Of a stretch of 64,000 nucleotides of DNA, positions 10,774 to 20,243 are shown one piece after another (position 1 is the stretch's first letter; the number at the start of each line of letters is the position of its first letter). The position numbers and the translations under genes are program-made. Under the pieces are notes generated by a model, which made no database searches, was not told the DNA's origin, and saw only the letters and a program-made list of their open reading frames with translations. The DNA comes from Candidatus Eiseniibacteriota bacterium (lineage in GTDB: Bacteria > Eisenbacteria > RBG-16-71-46 > CAIMUX01 > VGJL01): the NCBI GenBank assembly GCA_963792585.1, contig CAWBWI010000003.1, positions 960,001 through 1,024,000 on the forward strand, given 5' to 3'.

Positions 10774-11228
10774 ACCCGCAGGCCGGACGCATGGAACGGG
10801 AGGAGACTCCCTTCATCGGATTCGAACCGAGAATCGTGGGATTCCTCTGCAACTGGTGCTCCTACGCCGGAGCGGACAAGGCGGGGGCCGCGCAGACCCC
10901 GTATCCGCCGAACGTCCACGTCGTCCGGATGATGTGCACCGGCCGCATGGACCCGCAGTTCGTTCTGAAGGCATTCGATGAAGGCGCGGATGGCGTGCTG
11001 ATCCTCGGGTGCCATCCGGGTGACTGTCACTACAAGGAACAGAACTTTCGAATGATCCAGCGTCACCGCTTGATCTTGTCGCTCCTGGGGCAGCTCGGGA
11101 TCGAGGAAGAGCGGTGCCGGCTCGATTTCGTCTCCGCGGCGGAAGGGGAGAAGTTCGCCCAGGTCGTCACGGAGATGGTAGAGACCACGCGGAGGCTTGG
11201 TCCTCTGCGGGGTCGATTGGCCGCATAG
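10770..11228 (+). CDS. mvhD: Hydrogenase [2Fe-2S] delta subunit
   Basis: FLCNWCSYAGAD, MCTGR, GCHPGDCHY, SAAEG. Confidence 0.92.
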   Translation: MNPQAGRMEREETPFIGFEPRIVGFLCNWCSYAGADKAGAAQTPYPPNVHVVRMMCTGRMDPQFVLKAFDEGADGVLILGCHPGDCHYKEQNFRMIQRHRLILSLLGQLGIEEERCRLDFVSAAEGEKFAQVVTEMVETTRRLGPLRGRLAA

Positions 11229-11254
11229 CAATGGAAAGGCGGAGGTGAACTCAG

Positions 11255-11485
11255 ATGGCAACTGTCGAGATCGACGCCAGGGGCCTCAAGTGCCCGATCC
11301 CCGTGCTCAAGATGACGAACCTGGTCATGGCGAAGAAGATCAACGCCGGTGACACCATGGTCGTGACAGCGGACTGCCCGACGTTCGAGAAGGATGTCCG
11401 GCAGTGGTGCCAGACCATGAAGAAGACTCTGATCGTCCTTCGCGACGAAGGAAACAACGTCAAGCACGCGGAGGTTCGGATCTGA
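11255..11485 (+). CDS. tusA: TusA-family sulfur carrier protein
   Basis: IDARGLKCPIP motif, D...DV..WC, 76 aa, RBS GGAGG. Confidence 0.88.
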   Translation: MATVEIDARGLKCPIPVLKMTNLVMAKKINAGDTMVVTADCPTFEKDVRQWCQTMKKTLIVLRDEGNNVKHAEVRI

Positions 11486-11697
11486 CGCAGTAATTCCGAT
11501 AATTGTACCGCACCGACCCAACCCCCATCGGGAAGCCTGCGGAACCCTGACTGGGCGGCAGTACATGAGCGTCCCGTAGTGCTCGATCGAAGCGCGAGGA
11601 CCGCGGTTCTCGAGCCGCTCCTCACGGAAATACGCTGTTGCCGTTCAAGGTGATCATGAACAGACGCCGCCGGCGCGAATACGCAAGGAGATGGTCC

Positions 11698-13806
11698 ATG
11701 CGAGGTTTGAAGGATTTGGGGGTCCGTCAGAAGCTGATCCCGCTGATCGGGATCTTTTGCATCGGGTTCGTGTCGTATTCGATGTTCTCCTACCGGACGC
11801 AAAACCTGGTCAAGGTCAATGGACCCACCTACGAGCGGATCGTCCAGGGCAAGGACTTGCTTGCGGACATCCTGCCTCCGCCAGGGTACCTGGTGGAGTC
11901 GTACATGGTTGTCCTGCAACTGACGCAGGAGACGGATGCGCGCGCCCGGGGAGAAATGGTCGACCATCTCACTCGACTCGAAGCAGAATACAACGCGCGA
12001 CACGACTACTGGAACGGCGAGTTGGATCGGGGAACGCTGAAGGAGACGCTGACCTCCACCGCGCACGCCCCCGCGATGGCATTCTGGAGGACCGTGCACT
12101 CCGACTTCCTCCCGGCGATCCTGAGAGGCGACCGGGCGAAGGCCGAGGAGGTGGTCCAGGGTCCTCTCAAGGCCCAGTACGAGGAGCACCGTCGCGCGGT
12201 CGACGAGGTGGTTCGCATGGCGGCCGCGCGCAATCTGGAAGACGAGAAGCGCGCCGCGATGACCATTCGGCAAGGTTCGATCACCTTGCTCCTGCTCGGG
12301 ATCGTCTTCGTGGGGCTGATCCTCGGCATGAGCTGGGTGATCACGGAGGGGATCGCCAAACCGCTCCGGCAAGCGCGGGAAGTGCTGCGGGCCGTCGCGG
12401 TCGGCGATCTCGAGCAGAATCTGGCCTATGACGGTCGGGATGAGATCGGAGATCTGGCCCAGTCGATTCGCAGCCTCGGGACCAGTTCGCGGGAGCAGGC
12501 GGAGCTGGCTCGGAGGTTGGCGGAGGGCGACCTCTCGGTTCAGGTCTCGGCCCGCTCGGAGCGGGACATTCAGGTGCAGAGCTTCCAGCGAATGGTCGTG
12601 ACCCTGAGAGAGTTGACTTCCGAGATTGGAACACTCAATCGGGCTGCCGTGGAAGGACGGCTCTCGGTGCGCGGAGATGCTGGCAAGTTCGATGGTGGGT
12701 ATCGCGAAATCGTCCAGGGTATCAACGACACGCTCGACGCGACCGTACGACCAACGCAGGAGGCGGCGGGAGTCCTGTCCCAGCTGGCTGCACGAGACCT
12801 TTCCGCGCGAATGCACGGCGACTATCAGGGCGAGCACGCCATGCTGAAGGAATCACTCAACCAGGCGGTGCAGAACCTGGACGACGCTTTCTACCAGGTC
12901 GCTGGGACCATCGACCAGGTGGCCGCGGCCGCGGCCGAGGTCGGATCCGGCAGCCACTCCGTGGCCGCAGGCGCGAGCGAGCAGGCCAGCACCCTGGAGG
13001 AGATCGCCAGCAGTCTTCAGATGATGTCCGCCATCACCCAGCAGGGCGGGGTCAACGCAAAGGAGGCGCATCAGCTAGCGGGGTGCACACAAGGGAGCGC
13101 CAAGGACGGATTGGAGACGATGCATCGGATGAGTGGAGCGATGGAGAAGATCAAGAACTCCTCCGATTCCACCGCGAAAATCATCCGAACCATTGATGAG
13201 ATCGCCTTCCAGACCAATTTGCTTGCCCTGAACGCGGCGGTGGAGGCCGCTCGGGCTGGGGACGCCGGCAAGGGATTCGCGGTCGTTGCGGAGGAGGTTC
13301 GGAACCTGGCCATGCGAAGCGCTCGAGCGGCCAAGGACACGGCGGACTTGATCGAGGAGTCGGTAGGCAACACCGAGGGGGGCGTGAGCCTGAACAAGGA
13401 GGTGTTGTCGGGTTTGGAGGAAATCACCGGCCAAACGACACGCGTGGGCGAGGTCATGCAGGAAATGGTGGTCTCCTCGGAAGAGCAGCAGACCGCGATC
13501 GAGCAGATCACTCAGGCGGTGGCCCAACTGAGTCAAGTGACCCAGCAGAACGCCGCGAGTTCGGAAGAGTCGGCCTCTGCCGCGCAAGAACTCTCGAGCC
13601 AGACTCAGGAGCTGCGCTCGGCCATCGGCCAGTTCTCCCTGACTTCCCATGCTCCCGGCCGATCGGGGACGACCCAGGCATCCTCGGGCTCGGCTCCGCG
13701 CCCTCAGAAGGCGCGGATCGTGCCCTTCAAGGGCCGGGAGCGCCAAGCCCCGGCGGCAGGGGACACCCTCGACGACGAAGACCGGAGGGCTCTGGGCAGC
13801 TTCTGA
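11698..13806 (+). CDS. Methyl-accepting chemotaxis protein
   Basis: Two TM segments, HAMP (DEIGDL), [37 protein letters not shown]. Confidence 0.95.
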   Translation: MRGLKDLGVRQKLIPLIGIFCIGFVSYSMFSYRTQNLVKVNGPTYERIVQGKDLLADILPPPGYLVESYMVVLQLTQETDARARGEMVDHLTRLEAEYNARHDYWNGELDRGTLKETLTSTAHAPAMAFWRTVHSDFLPAILRGDRAKAEEVVQGPLKAQYEEHRRAVDEVVRMAAARNLEDEKRAAMTIRQGSITLLLLGIVFVGLILGMSWVITEGIAKPLRQAREVLRAVAVGDLEQNLAYDGRDEIGDLAQSIRSLGTSSREQAELARRLAEGDLSVQVSARSERDIQVQSFQRMVVTLRELTSEIGTLNRAAVEGRLSVRGDAGKFDGGYREIVQGINDTLDATVRPTQEAAGVLSQLAARDLSARMHGDYQGEHAMLKESLNQAVQNLDDAFYQVAGTIDQVAAAAAEVGSGSHSVAAGASEQASTLEEIASSLQMMSAITQQGGVNAKEAHQLAGCTQGSAKDGLETMHRMSGAMEKIKNSSDSTAKIIRTIDEIAFQTNLLALNAAVEAARAGDAGKGFAVVAEEVRNLAMRSARAAKDTADLIEESVGNTEGGVSLNKEVLSGLEEITGQTTRVGEVMQEMVVSSEEQQTAIEQITQAVAQLSQVTQQNAASSEESASAAQELSSQTQELRSAIGQFSLTSHAPGRSGTTQASSGSAPRPQKARIVPFKGRERQAPAAGDTLDDEDRRALGSF

Positions 13807-13932
13807 CGGGGTCTTACCGGTGATGGCGCGAGGCCACCGCCCCACCCGTGTCATACGGAATCCAAGGAGCTTCTGGGCCGCACCGGATTAGGGCCGCCAC
13901 GCCTCGTGTGGCGGACGGCGACCAGCGACGAC

Positions 13933-13965
13933 AACGCCCCCACCCGGGACCGGGTTGGGGGCGTT
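13933..13965. terminator. GC-rich hairpin between convergent genes
   Basis: AACGCCCCCACCCGG-GA-CCGGGTTGGGGGCGTT. Confidence 0.5.
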
Positions 13966-13991
13966 CGCCTGAACCACCAAACTCGCCACTG

Positions 13992-16223
13992 TCAATCGAT
14001 GCGCACGAGACGAACCGATTCCGCTTGGCCACCGCAGCGCAACCGCGCGAAGTAAATCCCACTGGGGACCCGGACGCCGCCCTCGTTGCGGCCGTCCCAG
14101 GAGAGGTCGGAAACGCCCGCCGGCATCGTCCCGTCGTGCAGCACCCGCGCTTCCCGGCCCTGGACATCATGGACCGAGAGGCGCACCGACATGGTCGTAG
14201 GCAGGTCGAGCCGCAGCACGGAGGGACCCGTCGACGGGTTGGTCATCGCGCTCAAGATCCTCGTCTCGGCCGCCACTCCGTCCTCCGCTCCGGCCGTGAA
14301 CCTATGCCGGGGCATGAGGATCAGTCCCTGGGCGCGATCGCTCAGTACGATGCAGTTGGACGCCAGCGCCACGCGAGTCGCACCCGCTGCATGCTGACCC
14401 TCGCGGAAGCCGATGTACGAGCCGCCGATCACATAAGGATGCGACGGGTCCGAGACATTGATGATGTAGATCCCTCCGCCGGCATCGCAACTGACATAGG
14501 CGATATCACCTTCGATCTGCACACCGCCCGCGCTGTTCGGTCTCTGTGCAAACGGCATCGTCTCCAAGGTTACCGGGTTCTCCGGGTTGGTGATGTCGAC
14601 GAACCACAGCTCCCCGCCCCACAAAGTCAGCAGCGCGAGGTTTCCGGACACCGCCATCGCCTCGGCGTACGGGACATCCTGGCCGTCCAAGGAAGCGATC
14701 TGGATCGGGGAGCTGGGATCGCTCACGTCGGCAACCACGAAAGTGGCGTCCACGGCCACGTAGAGATAGGAACCCTGCGCGGCGATTTCGCGGACTTCCC
14801 CCGTGGTCGGCAGCATACCGAGCGTGGTCGGGCTGCACGGGTCGGTCACATCGACCAGGTAGACGTTTCCCGATCGTGGCGCGACAAAGAGAGTGTTCCC
14901 CTCCAGGGCGATGTGGTCGGTAACGGCGTACTGAGGATCTTGCGCGCACCAATGGACGAAGTTCGGATTGAGCAGCCGACCGTAGTGGAGTCGTTGAAAA
15001 CCGCAAGCGAACATCGCGCTCGGTGTGACTTCGAGATCCGCGAATGCGTCCGCCAGGGGAATCCACCCGGTCGTGATCGGATTGCGCGGATCCGATGCGT
15101 CGACGACGCGAATCGAACCGCTCGGGTCGGTGAGGTAGATGCGGTTTCCGAGGACGTCCATGCCACTGAATCCGTCACCCTGGAGCAGGACCTCTCCGAG
15201 CGCATGGTCTTCGAGATTGACCCCACGATAGACCTCCAATAGCCCACCGCCCGAGTAGTAGGCGCGAATGAAGCACGCGCCGCCACCCTCGATCATGGCC
15301 AGATCCTCACCGCCGATGAGCTGCGTGCGCAGCACGGTCACGTCCCCAGGGTCCGAAACGTCGAGGATCGTCATCTGGCCATACTCGCCGACGGTGTACG
15401 CCACGTTCCCCTGGAGGACGATCCGGACGGGAGAGTCGATTTCTGAGATCCCACCCGCCCGGACCGGATGGCTTGGGTCCGTTACGTCGAAGTTGAACAT
15501 GCCCGACGTTGGCTCGGTGCTACAGGTGCGATAGCCGACATAGACCCGTCCGGCGGCCATCGCGACCCCGTGCACTTCACATTCGACATAGGTGCTCGAG
15601 AGTTGATGGGGAACGGAAGGATCCGCGAAGTCCACGAGGATCATGTCGCTGAACGAGGTGAGGCAGACGAGATCATCGTCGACCGCCATATTGTCAATGG
15701 CATACGCCGGCGCGAACGTGGCGAGAAGGGCGGGAGCGGTCGGCACGGAGACGTCGACCACGCGCAGCCGATCCAACGACTCCCGGATGTATGCCCGATT
15801 GCCACTGAGGGCGATCTGAACCGCCTCCGTTGGGTCCCCGAGTGTTCCTACAATTGCGGGGGAGCCCGGATCGCTCACATCGATGACGAGAAGGCCCGCG
15901 CCCCCGGACACGACATAGGCAAAGCCGTCTCGCACGACCAGGTCGGCGGGCGAGCCCGGCAGATTCAGCGTTCCGACGTGCGTTGGAGCGCCTGGGCCTG
16001 CAACATCCATTGCCTCGAGCCCCTGCGGAAGCAGAATGAAGGCGATTCCTCCGTCTTCATCTACGGCCCGGGGTACTTGATCGAACGACACGCTGCTCGA
16101 CCAATGAAACAGGGTCGAGTAGTCGATGCTCTCCGCGCGTGGTGATTGTGTCAGCGCGCCTCCCGCCACGACGATCGCGGCAACGATGAGCGCGATGCGA
16201 CACTTCTGAAACGGGGCATTCAT
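13992..16223 (-). CDS. Secreted LVIVD-repeat protein with C-terminal FlgD-Ig/T9SS-like domain
   Basis: Signal peptide; repeated GL.VIDVSDP..P; C-terminal NPS..P...VHDVQGR...WDGRNEGG..VPSGIYFARL. Confidence 0.85.
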   Translation of the reverse strand: MNAPFQKCRIALIVAAIVVAGGALTQSPRAESIDYSTLFHWSSSVSFDQVPRAVDEDGGIAFILLPQGLEAMDVAGPGAPTHVGTLNLPGSPADLVVRDGFAYVVSGGAGLLVIDVSDPGSPAIVGTLGDPTEAVQIALSGNRAYIRESLDRLRVVDVSVPTAPALLATFAPAYAIDNMAVDDDLVCLTSFSDMILVDFADPSVPHQLSSTYVECEVHGVAMAAGRVYVGYRTCSTEPTSGMFNFDVTDPSHPVRAGGISEIDSPVRIVLQGNVAYTVGEYGQMTILDVSDPGDVTVLRTQLIGGEDLAMIEGGGACFIRAYYSGGGLLEVYRGVNLEDHALGEVLLQGDGFSGMDVLGNRIYLTDPSGSIRVVDASDPRNPITTGWIPLADAFADLEVTPSAMFACGFQRLHYGRLLNPNFVHWCAQDPQYAVTDHIALEGNTLFVAPRSGNVYLVDVTDPCSPTTLGMLPTTGEVREIAAQGSYLYVAVDATFVVADVSDPSSPIQIASLDGQDVPYAEAMAVSGNLALLTLWGGELWFVDITNPENPVTLETMPFAQRPNSAGGVQIEGDIAYVSCDAGGGIYIINVSDPSHPYVIGGSYIGFREGQHAAGATRVALASNCIVLSDRAQGLILMPRHRFTAGAEDGVAAETRILSAMTNPSTGPSVLRLDLPTTMSVRLSVHDVQGREARVLHDGTMPAGVSDLSWDGRNEGGVRVPSGIYFARLRCGGQAESVRLVRID

Positions 16224-16432
16224 TGCGGTCACGGCGTCCTCCTCTCCCGTCCGGGTGGACACGCATCTTAGTCCGAGGGAATTATAGGCTTGCCGGCGCG
16301 GCAAGTACAGACAACGACGAAGCCGTCCGATGCCAGCCAGGATGGGGTTCTCGGTGATGAAGTTCTTGGGGCGACAGCCCCCAACCTCGGGTCACGAGAT
16401 CTCGTGAGGAATCGAAAACGCTGTGTGACTCT

Positions 16433-17914
16433 CTATAGGAGGATCATTCTACGCGTCTGGCTCACCTCCGCGGCGCCCAGTCTATAGAAGTAGCACCCCG
16501 CCGGGACACGGCGGCCTCTCTCGTCGAGGCGATCCCACTGCGCATCGAAGAATCCGGGCGCGCGTTCCGCATCGACCACTGTCCGTAGCAAGCGTCCCTG
16601 CGCGTCGAAGATGCGCAGTTGGACCTGCGACGGCCGCCCAATCGAATAGACGATCCGGGTCGAGGAGATCACCGGATTCGGGTAGTTACCGTACAGGGCC
16701 GTAATCCGAGGGGAGGTCTCGCTCGCGACACCCGAAGGGCCAAGGATCTCGCGAAGCGCTGTGATGAACGCCTGCATGTCCTCCATGGTCCCCGTGGAGA
16801 CGCGCAGGTGCTGCGACATTCCCCACCCGGTGCGCACATTGATGCCCCTGGCCGCCAGTTCCGCCGCCACTGGGCCTGCGCTTCTGCCGACGTTCACCAT
16901 GAAGAAGTTCGTCTCCGAAGGGATGTAGGTCAGACCCATGGAGCCGAACTCGGCGAAGCAGTAAGCCTTGGCCTGATCGTTGAGGGACACGGTGTCGCTG
17001 ATGTGCAGGCTGTCGTTGAGGGCCGCCCTGGATGCGTCCAGCGCCGGCCGGGAAACGGTTCCCCAGGTCTGCCATGCGCCGGCGGCGGCCATCCGATTCG
17101 CGGGGCCGACGGCATATCCGACCCGCACCCCCGCCAGGCCGAAGATCTTGGAGAAGGTGCGGATGACGACGACGTCCTTCCCCTGGCGCACGAGTTCGAC
17201 GGCCGAGGTGTAATTGGGATCGTGCACGTACTCGTGATAGGCCTCGTCGATGACCGTCACGACCCCCGACGGGAGGGAGTTCACGAAGGAGGCGACAGCG
17301 GACGCGGACAGAGCGGTCGCGGTGGGATTGTTGGGGTTCGTGAGGCCCACCGCGAAGGTGCCGCCGTCGACCTGCGAGGCCATGGCGTTCAGGTTGATGC
17401 GATGATTCGCGTCCAGCGGCACATAGCGGACGCTCGCGCCCATGAATGCGCAATCGGTGTCGAACTGCCCGTAGGAAGGGACCGGATAGATGACGTTTCC
17501 TCCCGGCTCGGCGAATCCCAGCGCGCAGAGGTGCAGCATCTCCGTGCCCCCGCAGCCGGCCAGTATTTGAGCGGTGCCCACCTGGTGAATGCCGGCCAGA
17601 TCCTGACGGAGGGACTCGGCGTACCAGTCGGAATATCGGTGCCCGAGATCCAGGCCTTCGCTCATGGCCGCCCGGGCCAGAGGCGAAGGTCCTAGAGGGT
17701 TCTCGTTGTAGCAGAGGCGGCCGATGTAGTCGCGCCACAGATCGACTGCGGCGGGCCCTGCGGGCGACGTTTGGGTGAGGAGCTGCGTTGCCCCCGACGC
17801 CGGTGCAAGGGGCAATTCGCTCAGTGCGAGGGCCGCGGTCCCCGCGGCCAGGCCGAAGAAGTTGCGGCGAGAGATACCGTGCGGTTCTCCAGAGGGGGGA
17901 GGGAACGCGTTCAT
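16433..17914 (-). CDS. HisC-like PLP aminotransferase with Tat signal and C-terminal FlgD-Ig/T9SS-like domain
   Basis: SRRNFF Tat motif; NENPLG, NPNNPT, IDEAY, RTFSKIFGLAGVRVG; tail NYPNP...IFDAQGR...WD...GRRVPAGCYFYRL. Confidence 0.88.
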   Translation of the reverse strand: MNAFPPPSGEPHGISRRNFFGLAAGTAALALSELPLAPASGATQLLTQTSPAGPAAVDLWRDYIGRLCYNENPLGPSPLARAAMSEGLDLGHRYSDWYAESLRQDLAGIHQVGTAQILAGCGGTEMLHLCALGFAEPGGNVIYPVPSYGQFDTDCAFMGASVRYVPLDANHRINLNAMASQVDGGTFAVGLTNPNNPTATALSASAVASFVNSLPSGVVTVIDEAYHEYVHDPNYTSAVELVRQGKDVVVIRTFSKIFGLAGVRVGYAVGPANRMAAAGAWQTWGTVSRPALDASRAALNDSLHISDTVSLNDQAKAYCFAEFGSMGLTYIPSETNFFMVNVGRSAGPVAAELAARGINVRTGWGMSQHLRVSTGTMEDMQAFITALREILGPSGVASETSPRITALYGNYPNPVISSTRIVYSIGRPSQVQLRIFDAQGRLLRTVVDAERAPGFFDAQWDRLDERGRRVPAGCYFYRLGAAEVSQTRRMILL

Positions 17915-18074
17915 GGTGGCTCCTTTCGGCTATGAGCCCCTCGGCATCGTTTCAGCTCCGGCCCGTGCGCGGCTTCGCTCCGGCCGCATCCCAACCGGAG
18001 CGGACGCTGAACCATGATATACCTTGCCGCGGCGGTCGGAGAGCAGGGAGATCGGGAGTGTCATCCGGCCAAGG

Positions 18075-19085
18075 TCAAGCGCTCCCGCGCTTTCCCTTCC
18101 GCCACGCGCCGGGTGACAGGCCCGCGACCCGCTTGAAGGCCCTCGAGAAGGCGGCTTCGCTCTCGTAACCGACCTCGATCGCCACCTCGACCAGCTTCGC
18201 ATTCGTGTCGCGCAGCAGCCCCGACGCCAGCTGCATGCGCCACTGGGCCAGATACTGCATCGGCGGCTGACCGATGAAGTGCACGAAGCGCTCGTGAAGC
18301 GACGATCGCGAGAGCCCCGCCTCCTCGCCCAGACGCTCGAGCGTCCAGGCCTCGGCGGGCCGCTCGTGAAGGATCGAGAGCGCGCGTCCTACGGCGGGAT
18401 CCCGCATCCCTGCGAGCCACCCCGTCTGCTCCGGCGGCAGGGAGTCGACGTAGCGGCGCAGGATCTCGACGAAGAGCATCTCACTCATCCGCTCGAGTAC
18501 CGCCTCGCCGCCGGGCCGCCGCGCGTTCGACTCGACGACGACGGCCCGCAGAAACGTCGTGACCCACGAGTCCGCTCCCAGTGCGCTCCCTGGAACCCGC
18601 AGGACGCGCGGGAGCGCCGCGAGCAGCGGATTGAAGGGCCGCGCATCGAGTCCTAGAAAGCCGCAAACGACCGTCGTCCGGTCGCGGCCGCCGCCTTCCA
18701 GGCGGGCAGTCGTCACCTCCGCCCCTTCCATGCTCAGCGCGTAAGGCAACTGGGGTGGACGCGGCGAAAAGAAGATCTTCGTATCGACGGTCGGCGCGCG
18801 CATTCCCGGCGCGCTCGACATCACGTGCGCGTCACCCTGTGGGAACAGGATGATGTCGCCCGCCTCCAGGCGATTCGGCGATTCCCCGGCGATCGCGCCC
18901 CAGCAGGAACCCTTGACGATCCCGTGGAACTCGATCATGTGCTCCGCGCCCGGCATGATGGCGGGGATGATCTCGCGCGCCTGGGGAGCTTCCGCCACCC
19001 ACGGTGGGGCGCCGTCGAGGTAATAGAAGACCGCACCATGAAGCCGCACGGCGCGGAGCAGATCGGAAAGAGTGTCTCCGCTCAT
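18075..19085 (-). CDS. AraC-family regulator with N-terminal cupin domain
   Basis: DTLSDLL..VRL, WTLERL...GLSRS, VGYESEAAFSRAFKR. Confidence 0.93.
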   Translation of the reverse strand: MSGDTLSDLLRAVRLHGAVFYYLDGAPPWVAEAPQAREIIPAIMPGAEHMIEFHGIVKGSCWGAIAGESPNRLEAGDIILFPQGDAHVMSSAPGMRAPTVDTKIFFSPRPPQLPYALSMEGAEVTTARLEGGGRDRTTVVCGFLGLDARPFNPLLAALPRVLRVPGSALGADSWVTTFLRAVVVESNARRPGGEAVLERMSEMLFVEILRRYVDSLPPEQTGWLAGMRDPAVGRALSILHERPAEAWTLERLGEEAGLSRSSLHERFVHFIGQPPMQYLAQWRMQLASGLLRDTNAKLVEVAIEVGYESEAAFSRAFKRVAGLSPGAWRKGKRGSA

Positions 19086-19126
19086 CGTTCCCCCTGGTCG
19101 GCCGGTGAATCTCGGCGGCGCGTGGC

Positions 19127-19212
19127 GGACGTTCGGCAATGGCCGGCGGACGACCGGTCATGGCGGCGGCGAAATCCGGACGCTCGATCAAGTTTTCCCG
19201 ACGCGCGGTCAG
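19127..19212 (+). promoter_or_regulatory. Two pairs of 21-bp-spaced direct repeats, candidate AraC binding sites
   Basis: GGACGTTCGGCAA (19127), GGACGACCGGTCA (19148), GGACGCTCGATCA (19178), CGACGCGCGGTCA (19199), in the divergent region between AraC and the methyltransferase. Confidence 0.55.
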
Positions 19213-19315
19213 ACGTCAACGCCGCAACATCGGCATGCTTCTCCTGTGACCGCGGCCCCCCTCGGTGGGTCGTGAGATTCCCAAAACCCTTGATGAGACA
19301 GGATGGAATCAAAGC

Positions 19316-20183
19316 ATGAATACCAAGACCCTCGACAATACAACGGTCCGCCCGCCCGCGCACCTCTCGAACCGGCCGGTGAATCCCGATCTGGAAGCGA
19401 TCAAGGCCCGCCAGCAGGCGACGTGGGCCTCCGGCGACTTCGGCCAGATCGGCGTGCGGCTCCAGATGGTCGGCGAATCGCTCTGCGAAGCGGTCGATCT
19501 CCTCGCTTTCGAGCGGGTGCTCGACGTTGCGGCCGGCAACGGCAACGCCTCGCTCGCGGCGGCGCGTCGATTCGCCGATGTCGTCTCGACCGACTATGTG
19601 CCCGATCTCCTCGAGCAGGCGCGGCGACGCGCCGAGGCCGATCGGCTTCCCATCACCTTCCAGATCGCCGACGCGGAGAACCTTCCCTTCGCCGACGAAC
19701 ACTTCGACGTGGTCCTCTCGACCTACGGGGTCATGTTCGCGCCGAATCAGGAGCGCGCGGCGGCCGAGCTCCTGCGTATCGTCAGGCAGGGTGGGCGAAT
19801 CGGACTCGCAAACTGGACGCCCGAGGGCTTCATCGGGCAGCTCTTCAAGGTCGTGGCCTCGTTCGTGCCGCCGCCGGCAGGGCTGCGTTCGCCGATGGAG
19901 TGGGGGACGGAGACCCGACTGGTCGAGCTTTTCGGACCCCACGCCTCCGATATCCGCACGGAGCGGAAGAACTATCCGTTCCGATACGGCTCGGCCGAGC
20001 ACTTCATCGACTTCTTCCGGAGCTTACTACGGACCGACGCACAAGGCGTTCGCCGCTCTCGACGAGGCGGGGCAGAAGGCGTTCCACGCCGCGCTGCTCG
20101 ACTTCCTGCACGACCAGAATCGGTGCAAGGGCGCCGCGCTCGTCATTCCCGGTGAGTACCTGGAGGTCGTGGTGACGAAATAG
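19316..20183 (+). CDS. Class I SAM-dependent methyltransferase with one frameshift near 20020
   Basis: VLDVAAGNG, DAENLPF, FDVVLS; C-terminus YYGPTHKAF...EYLEVVVTK is in another frame. Confidence 0.85.
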
Positions 20184-20188
20184 CATGG

Positions 20189-20226
20189 GCAGTGCGGAGA
20201 GGGAGCCCGGGCTCCCTCTCCACTGC
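20189..20226. terminator. Hairpin between convergent genes
   Basis: GGAGAGGGAGCC/GGCTCCCTCTCC stem with flanking GCAGT/ACTGC. Confidence 0.55.
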
Positions 20227-20243
20227 GGAATCGCGGCCCCTTC

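Noticed and set aside
5774..11228. Selenocysteine recoding in the Mvh/Hdr genes
   Set aside because: The relevant positions are ordinary Cys codons and no in-frame TGA interrupts these ORFs.
11490..11600. Possible c-di-GMP-II riboswitch or sigma28 promoter ahead of the MCP (GGAAGC...CTGGGC...GTAGTGC; TCCGATAA)
   Set aside because: The GCAC partner needed for the pseudoknot is missing, and there is no TAAA-like -35 at the right spacing.
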